DNA of 64,000 bases from Phoronis australis. Taxonomy: Eukaryota > Animalia > Phoronida. This document shows positions 13,937-26,570 of this stretch, one piece after another. How positions within the stretch are numbered: the first letter of the stretch is position 1; each line of letters starts with the position of its first letter. Below the pieces are notes generated by a model, which worked only from the letters and a program-made list of their open reading frames with translations, had not been told where the DNA came from and did not search any database. The stretch lies in NCBI GenBank assembly GCA_002633005.1, contig NMRA01000885.1, positions 6,185 through 70,184 on the forward strand, written 5' to 3'. The position numbers were made by a program, and so were the translations under genes.

Positions 13937-16900
13937 CTACATCTCTTGGATGAGTCGTGCTGGTCTTGTAACCGTTCGTCCGGAGAGGGTAACCACAGTG
14001 CTCGGGGTGGGTGAAATGATGGGAGGCTTAGCCGCATTATTGCCCGTTTCAGGAGCATGGTTAGGCGGTGTTGGTCGGACTTCCGACGGTGATTCGCGGG
14101 TGGTAACGGTGGGCGTTGTTTTGTCAGGCGCACTGGTTTGGGGAAGTAAGGTATCTCTGGCGTCGGGATCTGTGGCCATCTGAGCTGGTGAGGGGTCGAA
14201 TCTCATGATCGTGCCACGGCTCTGCACTTGTCGAGGTCTAAGCAGGATGCGGTTGCGGCGAAGAATGCGACCGCTTGTCTCGCATTGCACCGTATAGGAC
14301 CGTGGTTCTGGGCCTACTCAGAGGATGGTGCCAGGTGACCAAGTCTTCGTGGCGACATCTTGATAGTACACGCGCTCGTTCAGCTGCAGTTCTGTTAGTT
14401 CGCGCCTATCAGGCGAGCTCGGGTGAGGCAGGTTGTCGTCTCGCTGGAGTGGCTGTCTTTGGATGTAAGATGGTAGTTTACTTCTCAGCTTGCGGCCGAA
14501 CATAAGTTCAGCGGGGGAGGCCATCTGGGGGTTCGTGGGTGTGGTCATATATTGGAGAAAAGCTTCGTCCACGTGCTGCGTCTTCATCATCAGATTCTTG
14601 ACGGTACGAATCATGCGTTCAATGAAGCCATGTGAGCGGGGGTGGTGGGGCGACGAAGTGATATGTAAAATGTCGAACATCTTCACCGTGGCTCTGACGG
14701 GGGCTCCGATGAATTGGGGCCCGTTGTCCGTGATCAAAGTATCGGGTGGACCAAACATGGCGAAGACATGGCTGAAAATGCTCGCAACTCGCTGACTGGT
14801 AGAGGTGTTCAGCTTCTCGACGATGAAGTACTTGGAGAAATAATCAGCGACGATGAAATATTCTTGGCCGTTTAGATAAAACAGGTCAGCACTAATGGTG
14901 GAATGTTTGGTATGTCATCGGCGACAGATTCCAGAGGTTCTTTGGGTGAAGAGCTCTGATGTTTCTGGCATGTTTCGCAAGTGGATACGAGGTTTTCTAT
15001 GTCCTTCATAATGCCAGGCCAATAGACAGTTGATCGGGCTAGTTGTTGACAGCGAACAATTCCTTGGTGTCCGTAATGGAGCCTGTGTAGATAGTCTTGT
15101 TGAAGCGAGAGTGGTATGAGGACCTGAGTTCCCTTGAGGAGGAGACCATCCTCGATGGTCAGGAGATCTCTAATAGACCAAAAAGAGCGGATGTTAGCAG
15201 GTAAGTCGCGTGCCTTTGCTGGGAAACCACTGAAAACATAGTCCTTCAAGAGAGCCAGTGTTGTGTCTTCATCAGTTTCTTTTTTTAGTTCATGTAACCG
15301 TTCGGTGGAAAACTGTACAAAGTTCACACTGAGGTCAAGTGGAATTTCCTTGTGGGCATTGGCAGTAGGGAGTCGCGACAATCCGTCGGCAAGGACCATC
15401 TCGGGTCCTGGCCTGTATTTGATCCGATAGTCATATTTTTGTAAACGCAGAAGCATGCGCTGCAGTCTGGCAGGCGCCTTGTGCAGGGGCTTGGCCACAA
15501 TCATTTCCAGTGGCTTGTGGTCACTTTCTATAAGGAATGGTTGGCCAAAAAGGTATGTATGAAAACGTTCTGCGCCAAAAACACAGGCGAGTAATTCTCG
15601 CTCGATGTTAGCGTAACGACTCTCTGTGTCTGTGAGCGTCTTAGAGGCAAACGCGATGGGTCGACCATTTTGCGTCAATGCCGCGCCTAGGGCGGACTGT
15701 GATGCGTCGACCTGCACGACCGCTGGGATCTTCGGGTCAAAATAGTGTAGGTAGCTTGCTTCCTTGATGGTTTTCTTGAGATTGTCAAATGCGGTCTGCT
15801 GTTCATGTTGCCATTGGAAATCAGAGTCTTTTCGCAGTAGGGCTCTTAGAGGGGCAGAGGTTTCACTTAGATTTGGTATAAATGGAGATATGTATGTAAT
15901 CATGCCAAGGAGAGAACGAAGCTCCTGCGCGTTGGATGGTGCCTGTATGTCGTTTATTGCCTGTACCTTTGATGGGTCGGGGCGTACTCCTGTGTGGTCA
16001 TAGATTTGCCCAAAGAATTCTATTTCGTGTGCGCTGATGATGCATTTGTCCTTGTTGAAGACCATGCCTTTCTCTTTGGCTCTATTCATGAGGCGTAGAA
16101 GGTTAACGTCATGCTCGTGTTTATCCTTGCCAAAAACTGTGATATCATCGGCAATGGATATGACACCGGGTAGCCCCTGTAGGTTGTCATCCATCGCTTT
16201 CTGAAAAACGTCTTGAGAAACCACAATGCCCATGGGCAGGCGACAGTAACAGTATCTGCCGAAAGGCGTGTTGAACGTGGTAAGATATTGGCTGGGTTCG
16301 TCGAGCTGTATAGCCCAGTAACCAGACTTGAGATCGAGCTTACTGAAAACAGTCGCGCCGTTGAAGAAATGGGTGAGTTCTTCAACAGTGGGGGTGTGAT
16401 GCTGTCCACGTTTTAGGGCGCAGTTGAGATCCCGGGGGTCGAGGCAGATTCTCAGGTCCCCGCTCTTCTTTTCGACATATGTGGCACTGGACACCCAGTC
16501 TGTAGGAATGTCGACTGGTCGAATCACACCGAGGTCTTGCATGCGTTTGAGCTCTGTCCGAATCTTATCGCGTAGGTGGATCGGTGCTTTTCTTGGGGCA
16601 TGACGAACCGGCTCATGGTCCTTTTTTAAGTGTCAGCGTCTTGACCCCTGGGAATTTTCCGATACCTGTAAATTGGTCTGGGAACGCGGCGAGGAGGTCT
16701 GCAGTTGAGCTGACTTGAGTGTTAGGTTGCCTGGAGACTGATTGTTCAATTGAACAGTGGATTGTCACAAGACCCAGGAGGTTGCACATCGTGCGGCCAA
16801 ACAGGACAACACCATCAGCATCTGTAACCACAAATTCAACATCCATCCATTTGCTCTGGCCCCATTGGCATTTTAATGTGAGCTTTCCCAGATTGGTAAT

Positions 16901-18030
16901 GTTTGAGCCACCATATAAATATAGGCGGGAGGTCGACGGTGATGTCAGGATAGGTTTGCCATTCGGTGTCAAGTGGTTTGGGAACATGCGACGGTAGGTT
17001 CTGAGTGGGAGGAGGTTACCACTAGCGCCAGTATCCACCTTGCCTCTGAGGATACCTTGTTTACGGTGTTCGTGCCAAATGTTAATATCAGCAAAATCCT
17101 CTTGTTTGTCATCAGGACCGATAGAGTCGAAGACTAAGTTTTCAAAAGATATTTCGTCAGTCTCGGGTACATGAGAAGTAGCGTGGAATCGCTGAGGGTT
17201 GGGTGGTGGGTGAGCCTTGGGCCTTGTAACTGGGTTGCCTGATGAGCGACAGACATCTCCCCAGTGTCCCACCTTTCCACATCGGTGACAGGTTTGTCCC
17301 TTAGCCGGACATTGGCTGCGACATCTATGCCGCTCTTTTCCACAGTTTCCACATGTGTCGCTGGGTTTTCTATCTGTGTAGCGTTTTGCAGCGCTCTCTT
17401 CACGTGTATGTCTTTTGATTGCATGGATTTCCGTGGTAGGACGACCGATTTGTTGCAGTTGTGCTTGTGTGCATTCATACGTACGGGCGATATCAAGAGC
17501 ATGTTTCAGCCTGAGTTTCTCCGGGTCTTGTTCGAGTAGTTTCTTCTGAACTTGTTGCGAGTTTGCCCCTTGGATAATTTGGTCAAGTATTGCGTCGTCT
17601 GTAGCATCTGGGTTGCCGAAGTTGCATTTCTCCGCGTGGAGTCGAAGGCGCGTAAAGAAGTCGTCGATAGATTCGTTGCTGTCTTGTGTCATCTGTCTAA
17701 GTTGAAAACGGCAAAGACGAAAACTTGCTTTCGGCTCAAAATACTTCTCGAAGCGATCCCAAACTGTTGTCGGGTCGTCTTGCTGTTCGGGCGTGAGGGA
17801 CCAGGAATCAGGAGGGCTTTGGGGCCCAGCCATAAGAGTATATAGCTCACTTTGGTCGCTGGCGATTGGCTGGTGTACGCAGGAGTGCTGAGAACCAGGT
17901 TGCAATACCTCTTAAAATTTCGGAACGTTTTGGGTAAGTTGTCAGTTTTCCAATCAAAAGAGGGTGGTTTCACCCCAAGTAAATTGGGGTTGTGGAGCGT
18001 TGGTTGAGGGTTGTCTTCCCCGTCTGACAT
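13937..18030 (-). pseudogene. Gypsy gag-pol, frameshifted
   Basis: Gag with paired Cys/His knuckles (CGNCGK..H..C; CHRCGKVGHWGDVC), protease DTGA, RT IADD, RNase H DAS, integrase HHCC and TDNGPQF. Frame breaks near 17810, 16620, 14900 and 14320. Confidence 0.93.
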
Positions 18031-18190
18031 CGTGGCGGTGTGGCGTTGGGGTATTGTAAAGTAAATTGGAAAAAACTCACCAGTATGGCAATGTTTATTT
18101 AGGGTGAAAAAAAATTGCAAAAACCACAAGGCAGTGTTAAAATGGTGATCTCCGCGTCAGGTGTGGGTTCGTCTCACGCCGCTGCCACCA

Positions 18191-18368
18191 TGTTATGTTT
18201 CTATGCTGGTTTCGGACCAAAGATGAAGATCGATACGATTGTGACTAATACATATATATTGAGAGTACATGAAACATCAACCGGAACAGGAAGTAGGTAA
18301 CAGAGCATGCCTACTATACTAGGACACTGGTAGCGACATCTTTAGTTACTACTGACCATAACGTAACA
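18191..18368 (-). repeat. Gypsy 5' LTR
   Basis: Identical to 13612-13789 and adjacent to the PBS. Confidence 0.97.
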
Positions 18369-18953
18369 CTTCACATCTTCCATGGCGAAAGAGTGGTCAG
18401 GGGAAGCCATGTGACTAAAAACTGCAGAATCATAGCAGTCCCCATAACTGGACCTCCGATGCTGTTTGAAACGACTTTTCAGGGCTTGTTTGGTTTCCCC
18501 AATGTATGCTGCTCCACACCCTGGTTCCGAGCATAAAATGCCATACACCACATTTGATGTTTTCTCTTTGCTGGTTTTGTCTATCACATTTAACAATCGA
18601 CTCCTTATGGTGTTAACAGGTTTGAATACGACAGCAATGTCGTGCCCCCTCATATGTGATTTGATCTTGTCAGCGATCCCTGGCACAAAAGGCAATGTTA
18701 TCCTCATGTTTCCCCTATTGTCAAACTGCGTGTTCTGAGGCCTGACTCTGTCATGGTTTGCCTTGTGGAATGACCACTTCGAGTAGCCACATCTTTTCAG
18801 CACTGTTCTGTTGTGTTCTATTTCAAAATCAATGTCCTCCTCTGTGTTGGGGATTGTTCTCGCTCCATAGTCCAATAGATACATGTAGGGTGCTGAAGAG
18901 AATCCCGCGGAAACTGTGCGACAGATCACATGACAAGTTACGTGCCAACTCAG

Positions 18954-18994
18954 TGGCCTGATGAAGTCCTCTAGAGGAGGACGCAACGTAGCCA
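18954..18994 (+). ncRNA. Minimal type-I hammerhead ribozyme motif in the Penelope pseudo-LTR (GAAA->GCAA variant)
   Basis: TGGC-CTGATGA-A-GTCCTC(TAGAG)GAGGAC-GCAA-CGTA-GCCA: stems I and II pair, and a palindromic ACGT forms the helix III region. Confidence 0.7.
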
Positions 18995-19397
18995 TCTCCA
19001 CGTACCGTAAGTCCAGTAATAGATTTATCGATTCTTATACTAACTTTCCTTTTAATTCGCCTTCATTCTTAGTCACAAAGGAAGACTACTCTGACAATGA
19101 AATTGGCTTCTGCTCAGCTTTTGGGGAAATCTGGGTAATTTTGTTGGCTTGTACTGTGCTTGCACATTTGTGCTAAGCGTAAGGAGACAGGACAGTTCCC
19201 CTTGTTATGATGGCTGCGTACTGATGTGTCATGACTCATTATTTCTGTGCTCCTGTCCTCTGACCTCACTTTCACTCAGCTGTTTTGACGGGAAATTCCC
19301 CTGTTGCTCAGTGAAGGGGTGTTTTGGTTCCTTTGGTCAGAAATGTTTTCGTTTTTGAAGTATTGTGTTGAATTAAATTCTACTATACGTATTTTAG

Positions 19398-22290
19398 GTG
19401 CATGCCCAACCTGTCTCCCTGGCAAAGAAGGGTGAAAGAGATATTCTATATAACAAACCGAGTTTACCTCTCGAGCAAAGGGTCAAAAGCCAGTACTATG
19501 GTGAGTGATTTCAGTCACTGTTGCCTTTCTTGACGCAGGATTATTTCAACATTGAGATCCACATCCAGTAACAATTTAAATAAGTCAAAATCGCCACCCT
19601 CAAACATGAAGAAGCCAAGTGTTCGTCGAAGAATGTAGCTTCAGAATCGGTAAATGACTGCTTTGTCCACAGTGTAATATTGTGTAGTGTAGCCCTGGAT
19701 CATAGTTGCCAATCTCACTATGCACAGCATATGGTGAAAAATGAAGAGTCACTTACTTTTTTATTAAATTTGTTTGCAATTGGTATTAGTATACAAACTG
19801 TGTCAATTGTCTGTAAGGGTCATTTTGGGTTGGTGATTTTCTACTGACAATGCCTCGTGTTTCCTCTAACACAGCACAAGTTTATGGTTTGTTGACCAAT
19901 TTGGTAATAGCACCAAGTCAGATCTTGAACTGTTGCTGGACAATTATTTGGAGTTTTAGTTTCCTCACCCATTTCCTGATTGCCTTTTTATGTTTGATAT
20001 CTTTTCAGGTACAAGTGTTACAAGACGAGAACATAGCCATCTGGTGGTTAGTAGTCCACTTGCACAGCTGAAGACATCCAATAAGTACAGAGTGGGTCAG
20101 GCCAGTGAGCCTGGGTTCAACTAGGCATTGTCAAGATCATCGGTTCAGGACTGGTGGGTATTATAGAACATACTGCTAAGTAGCGATACAGTTTTTTGTT
20201 GCACCAAAAACTGCTAAAGGATGTTGTTCTATGAACATTACAGAAACACCAGATAAACACTGAAGCATATTGTGTAAAAATCATTTCTCCTCTTATACAC
20301 CATCTGTTGGTCATGTCATATGAGCTGTATAGTTAAGTCTATTTGTCCATGTGCAGGCGTCCTGCGTAGATGTGGAAGCTCAGGTATGCACAACCAGGTA
20401 AGAGGTTCTTACAGTTCCCATTCGACAGTTTTTTCAATTGGTAAATATTGGATATGTTACGGTTCCTCTTACAAGCGTGCCTAGAGTGAGGAATTATGGT
20501 GTATCGCTCTTTCCTGTCGCCTATAAATGGTGGTTTTGTTTACTGTAAACAATGCATTTTCCAACATTTAATCAACATGAAAAAATTGTCTATTGATAAA
20601 TGTCATTTGTTGAAGATTACAGTGAACTAACCGTCTCCAGTGCAAGAAACCTAAGTTGTAAAGACAGAGGTATTCTCTGGGCCAGGCATCTAATCTTTGT
20701 ACTAAATATAATTTTTAACAGTTGCCACTTGGAGGACTCTACACTTCTAGCTTGCACTTGATGACCCCAGCATTAACACTATGAGTTAGAGTCTGAACTC
20801 AAAATATCGCATTTGTAGCTCAAATCCAGGGCTAATCAAGTGTGAAATTAGGACTAAACACTCATTAGTCTAAATCATTCACAACATATTTGATTCCGTA
20901 TTGAAAGCAGAATGGGAAATCTAATAATTCGGAGTTCAATTTTAAGTACAAGGATTACCTACACCTAGGGCCTTGAAAGCAAACAGTAGTCTGTCGTATG
21001 ACACGGCTTCTTGACTGCGTTCTTTGCTGTTTGGCTTCTTGTCTGTGTTCTTTGCCGTTTTGATTTCCTAACAAATATTTACATGTACTTGAAGACAATT
21101 AAGCTCTAAACACAGAAGGAGATTATACGTACCCATACTTTACACAATCTGTGCCTTCTAAGAGTCCAAAGATTTGAAATCCCCTCTTCCTTGCAGTCGG
21201 TGATGGGCGTGTCTGAAGATAGACAAAAGATGTACACTACTTAGCCACTTGATAGATTCCCTTCACCTGAGACTAGCTCGCAACATAAGGAGGTCTACCG
21301 GGACCAACGTCAAGCTGCAATCCCATTAAGAAAGTTAACACAGACTCCAGACAAGGTATGTTACCGGTGTAGACTTCTGTTTGTGGTAATTGCTTCTGAC
21401 TAGAATAAAGTGTGAATACTAGTTTTGGAAATTCGTCTAACTTTGCAAAGCAGTTGGTTGATAAGTAACATTAATTAAAATCATTTGCTTAAAATGTGAA
21501 GAAATCTAGAAAATGACTGTACAATCTACAGTAGATAGCACCCAATTCCTTGATCTGAATACATGATGAAAAATCAGTCCATGTTTTTAAGAATTTATGT
21601 AAAACAAAACATTGAACGCTTGGAAATAGTAATTGCTGGAACATTGTCATCCCAGGTATCCATGACTTGATATAAATTGTAAGATCTGTTTTAGTAATTG
21701 AAATAGGGAAGTCATGGTTGAGTCGACAAACTGTTGTTTTTTGTATTTTTTATCTCATTGGCCACCATATATATGCTTCTGTACAGGTCTTTTCAGTTCT
21801 AACTGACAATAACCAAACAGACGCAATGTAGAAAATGTCCTCACACTATGAAATGGTCTATGAACTGCAAATGATGTAATTTTCTATTTCCATTTGACTG
21901 TAATTGCTTTTGGTTACACTTTTGTCAGTTAACCAATATTTTCTAAATACACAGATTCATCGGTAAGGTCCTACATATCGTTAAATTATTTTTACAAAAC
22001 TTCAGAACATAATGCTTTTGTTTATCTCTAACTTTAATTTCTTGTCTGACATCAAACTATCAGATCTCTTCATTGGTTTTGCGTAAGTACTAGGACTGTC
22101 AGTCTTCTGATGCATGCTGCGTTGAGTGCTGTGTAGGACCAATGCTGCTTACTGATGAACTAATGGAGACCATTTCTTCCACACGCATACCCACATTGAT
22201 GGCAAAACCACTGCTGCCCCCTTTTGTTTCAGCTAACCAAGATTAGCCTGAAGGGGAATTTCAGGGCCTCTGAAAACGGAGAGCTATGAG
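19398..22290 (+). pseudogene. Candidate decayed exons, possibly the CDKL5-like C-terminal tail (19398-19500, 19539-19649, 21197-21355, 22233-~22290)
   Basis: Good AG/GT boundaries and S/P/K/R-rich translations (STSSNNLNKSKSPPSNMKKPSVRRR; FDRFPSPETSSQHKEVYRDQRQAAIPLRKLTQTPDK) with stops. Assignment is by position and strand only. Confidence 0.35.
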
Positions 22291-22719
22291 GTGAGGTGTC
22301 TGCCTCTAGTAGTCAAGCTGACAACTCAATGCTTTGAAAATATGAATTGAATAAACTAGTGGCTAGTTCATTTACACTTTGACCTGAACTGTCATTTTAG
22401 TTGCTTTGTAGGTAGGCAGCTGTCAGCTTGTATGTTTCAGTCAACAGGCAGTCTTTAGTTACAGCTGACTATGTCAACTTTGTCATGAACATCTACTGTA
22501 CATTTCTGTTACCACACTTTGCGTGAGCCTGCTGTGAGGCCATTACACAAACAAACCATGACTAGTACTACTCTGGTGGTCCATCAATTTTGAAATGAAC
22601 AGCTTGGGTAACACCACACTCATCCAGTATTATTTCTTTTTATGTCTACTATAATTACTACAATTTATCTTTTTATGTCCACTATTAATACTGCCATTAT
22701 TTTGGACAGACTTTTGCAT

Positions 22720-23815
22720 CCTTGTGGGTGCAGCTAGTATGCAACCGAGACCCCATGTATTGTGTGCAGTCCTGCTGCCTAGAAGTCTGCTAGTAGAATA
22801 AGCATTGGAGCTCAGTTGTCTTTCTCAGTCTGCGAGTAAATGTTAGTTTTTCAAGTTGTCTGAACTTAGACAACAAAATCTTGGCCTTGTAATGCAATGC
22901 TCTTGTGAAAATAGTCCACATCTGGATTGCCGAAATGTGAGAATTGCCCATTCTAATGTTGACCCTACTAAATTGAAAAAGAATCTGTAGTCATGGAGAC
23001 TGTGGTATAGTGACAGTAAGGTACTGTTTGGAAATACCGGCAAAGGGAGAAATTTAAATTAGCAGTGAAGCTCACAGGGTTGAGTTGAATTATGTCCAGG
23101 TCTGCCAACTGTTGACATGTTGGTGTGTTTTTCAAAGGGGATATTATAAATCCAGGATTATGGGTGTCGGACAAAATCTGACAAACAAATGAAATTGTAT
23201 TTCCTCAAATTTCTAAACAAAGTAAATTTTATTTTATATNCTTGTGGGTGTCGTGGGATGGATAACTTTCAATTTCAGCCTATGCGTGCAGCTAGTATGC
23301 AACCGAGACCCCATGTACAGTATTGTGTGCAGTCCTGCTGCCTAGAAGTCTGCTAGTGGAATAAGCATTGTAGCTCAGTTGTCTTTCTCAGTCTGCGAGT
23401 AAATATTAGTTTTTCAAGTTGTCTGAACTTAGACAACAAAATCTTGGCCTTGTAATGCAATACTGTTGTGAAAATAGTCCACATTTGGATTGCCGAAATG
23501 TGAGAATTGCCCATTCTATTGTTGACCCTACTAAATTGAAAAAGAATCTGTAGTCATGGAGACTGTGGTATAGTGACAGTACGGTACTGTTTGGAAATAC
23601 CGGCAAAGGGAGAAATTTAAATTAGCAGTGAAGCTCACAGGGTTGAGTTGAATTATGTCAAGGTCTGCCAGCTGTTGACATGTTGGTGTGTTTTTCAAAG
23701 GGGATATTATAAATCCAGGATTATGGGTGAAAATTCTTAGTGTCGGACAAAATCTGACAAACAAATGAAATTGTATTTCCTCAAATTTCTAAACAAAGTA
23801 AATTTTATTTTATAT
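22720..23815. repeat. Near-identical direct duplication flanking the single N at 23240 (probable haplotype/assembly overlap)
   Basis: 22720-23239 is repeated at 23241-23815 with a few SNPs and indels. Confidence 0.85.
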
Positions 23816-26570
23816 AATGGGCTTTTGAAAAATATAATAACATCCTCAATTTTGGCACTTATTTTTGGCCAAAATCGATAATTTTACCATAATTTATTTT
23901 TCCCTTGTGCGGTGAGTGTGTTTAGAAAATTAATACCATTTAACCCAGACAATTTTAATTTTCATCATCTCCCGATTGTCATCACTTGTCAATATGTTGT
24001 ATTGTTGTGTGTCTGTGGATTTGAGACTGTTACCAAATTACCATACTTGTACCTACATGTAGTCAAGACCTATTCCTGGAGACTTACCTGTCAATTGTTT
24101 TAGTGTAGTAAGCATGTCTGAGAGACTCTGTCTCTAGAAATTATTTATTTCGGAATTTTAATTTAGAAATAATGCTAATATATGGTTATCACTTACTAAC
24201 ACCTTGACGTAGAACTGAACGGTTCTAGGAATCTCAGTTTACTAAATAGTAAAAACTGGTTACATTTTATCCTTAATAATCGGATTTTCCATTGAGTTAT
24301 TGTTTACTGTTTTTACTAACTACATGCTTTAAGTAGCAGAGGTAAATCCATGCAGTTCAGGTGAAAATGCTGATAAAAGAAAGTGCAAAAAATAAGTTAA
24401 ATACCCAGTTACGCTGTGCCAAAATTAACATGATGTAGTTTTTAACTACCACCAAGATTATTAATTTCCATGGGTACCGTATTTCTCCATCTATTTAGCA
24501 TGCTATCTCGGCAAAAAGGTGAAATTTTATTTTGTCAAATTTCTCAGGAAAAATAAAATATAGAAAATTTATTGTTGGCTACATAAGTACCCTGTCATAA
24601 CAAATTTGTCAATATTTCCAATATTTGTCAAAGAAGGTAATCAGTGTTTGAAAAAGAGAAAATTGACAATTTTGATGATTATTTTTGTGTGTTGATTTTA
24701 CAAGTTAACAATTAACATTGCTCAATACGTAGGTGATATTTCTTATAATGGCAGTCCTGATATAACCTCTGTATAGAGTTTCCCCCAGTCTCGGTGTCAT
24801 ACCTGCCTCTATCTGAGTGGAGCACCTTGGCATAAATGTGTATGTGCAAGTATTCAAATACAGTGCGGAATGCTGGATTAGATTATCACAGGGTTCAAAA
24901 TCTATAACAAGTTTGGAACTGTCATCATTATCATTCTCCCTTACACCCAGTCAACTTTCGATGGGCCCCAGTGACAATGGATGAGATGGGGTCCCAATTT
25001 CAATCTCCCAGGTTGTCATAATTTTCCAACAGCCCTCTTTCGGTACCCCGCACTGCGGGTTTTAGCGCCCATGTGACAACGAAATAGGATCCCTACATGT
25101 ATTTCACGTGAGGCCCTACTTGTAATTTGTAGCTTATTTAGCTGTGTAATTAGGTAAACTGGCAGTGCAGGCAGGACACTGTGTTCAAGGTGACACTGAG
25201 TTCTACTTTGGCATTGTTGACCTCTTACATATTTCTAGCTTAGTGGTACTTTTAGATGCATTTTGTGTTAGCCTCGCCTGCTAGTTGCGGCGCTCAAATA
25301 GGAATATGCTCTTCAAACACTGAGTAAATATCATCATATATACGGGAAGTTTGTTGTATGTTGAAATTTGTTAGTGCTTATTTGACTGCTAATTGCTAAC
25401 ACGTTTATATGTTGATCTTAATAAAGAACAGAAATTTGATATAAACTTTTGTCTTTTCAACTTTTAGAGTCTGAGCTCAGGTAAGCTTATTCAAATGGAT
25501 TGGTCATACGAAAGGTCCTTCAATTATCTACTTTAATTAAATTCTGCATGAAAGAGATCACATTTTGAGTTTGAACTCTACAAGATTGAAGTTACAAAAT
25601 TTTGCAAGACACCATTACGCCATTTTCATGTTAGTTGTAGACGAAAAACAATGCTACAAAAAGTTTTGTTGTTAAAGGGATGTTATCGTTTTGATGGTAG
25701 ATCGAAAACTTTTTTGGAGTTGTTGGGATTGTCGTTTTGATGTACAGAGCTTTAAAATTAAGTTCGTAGTCACGTTTTGGGATTTTATTACGGAATTTTG
25801 TTTCTCGCCTGTTTCTGTCAGACATTTGTTACAAGCGGTATTATTCAGACGTGAGATCCAGTTCAGGTTCAATTTCGCGATGACACTCATCACATTACTT
25901 TCAATGCTGTTGATGTTGCTTAAATTCAAGTAACCAGCATTTTATAGGGTTTCGAACCTCTACGAAATACTTTTATTATAGGCGTAAATTCATCTACGAA
26001 ATGGTGCTTATTTTCATAGAATCTCCCAACAAAGGGATCCCTGGTAATCATGCTTATTCACACAAAACCGTCCAGCTATTTAAATATTTGAGTGTGGAAT
26101 ACCGTCGAAGGAATCGCGATTAGCAAATCAATTATATGTATGGGAACCAGCTCACAGCTGGGATTCAATCAGTGGTCCCGCATAGACAAGGGGTCGACGA
26201 TCTGAAACTGATGGAATTTTGAAGGCCCATACAATGTACATGTATATGTAGGCCTACATGTAAAACAAAAAGGCGCAAATACTGAGAAGCCCAGGGCGTA
26301 CATGTATATAAGGAAATCGGTTAGCGAATGAACAATTTTCAATTTGAAGAGAAATGCTCTAATAAAGCTGTTGTAAGCCAGAAAACCGCTTAAATAAACA
26401 TTGTCCCGCGTCCCATTTTGACGTCTCTTGCTGACTTTCATTTTCTGAAACTTCCCGCTATGGATTGATAATCAGATAATGCAACGTGGCTCTAGTACTA
26501 TGTGAGGTCCGTGTACATTTAATTTGTGAATAACCTAAAAATTCCTAGACTAGACCCATGGTTAAACAAT
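22810..26570 (-). pseudogene. Decayed LRR-like coding block, copy 1
   Basis: Homologous to 42447-44560 and 60075-63300. Fragments LNLSNINSIESNVM, YVANNKFSIFIFLRNLTK, LSDMLTTLKQL..SRNR, KIIDFGQ. Confidence 0.5.

Larger units (their letters stand above)
13612..18368 (-). mobile_element. Full-length Ty3/Gypsy LTR retrotransposon (Mag-like)
   Basis: Identical 178-bp TG..CA LTRs (13612-13789, 18191-18368). TSD CTTCA. PBS TGGTGGCAGCGG (tRNA-Leu-like). PPT AAGGGGGA. Confidence 0.97.
13308..19040 (-). mobile_element. 5'-truncated Penelope-like element (RT C-terminus + GIY-YIG endonuclease), split by a Gypsy insertion
   Basis: NVVYGILC..CGAAYIGETKQALKSRFKQH (18342-19001 ORF) continues past the Gypsy element as VKFLDRE..WFRRGVKEAIYERIENPSLNRQGG. 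14-bp TSD TAACTTTCCTTTTA at 13294-13307 and 19041-19054. Inverted terminal copies at 13341-13480 and 18890-19041. Confidence 0.9.

Noticed and set aside
16600-16640. Programmed ribosomal frameshift at CTTAAAAAAG in the Gypsy element
   Set aside because: It lies after the protease in an A-run, and three other indels exist, so mutation or sequencing error is simpler.
13923-17845. Plus-strand ORFs within the Gypsy element (and 37093-37990 in gene A)
   Set aside because: Antisense shadows of real coding sequence.
18892-18930. Second hammerhead (CTGAAGA..GAAAC)
   Set aside because: Stem II does not pair, and the sequence is simply the coding end of the Penelope ORF (LKRIPRKL).
25950-26160. Apparent synonymous bias between repeat copies around shared stop codons (recoding)
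   Set aside because: The third-position excess is modest by hand count, and both strands have stops. A decayed gene explains it.
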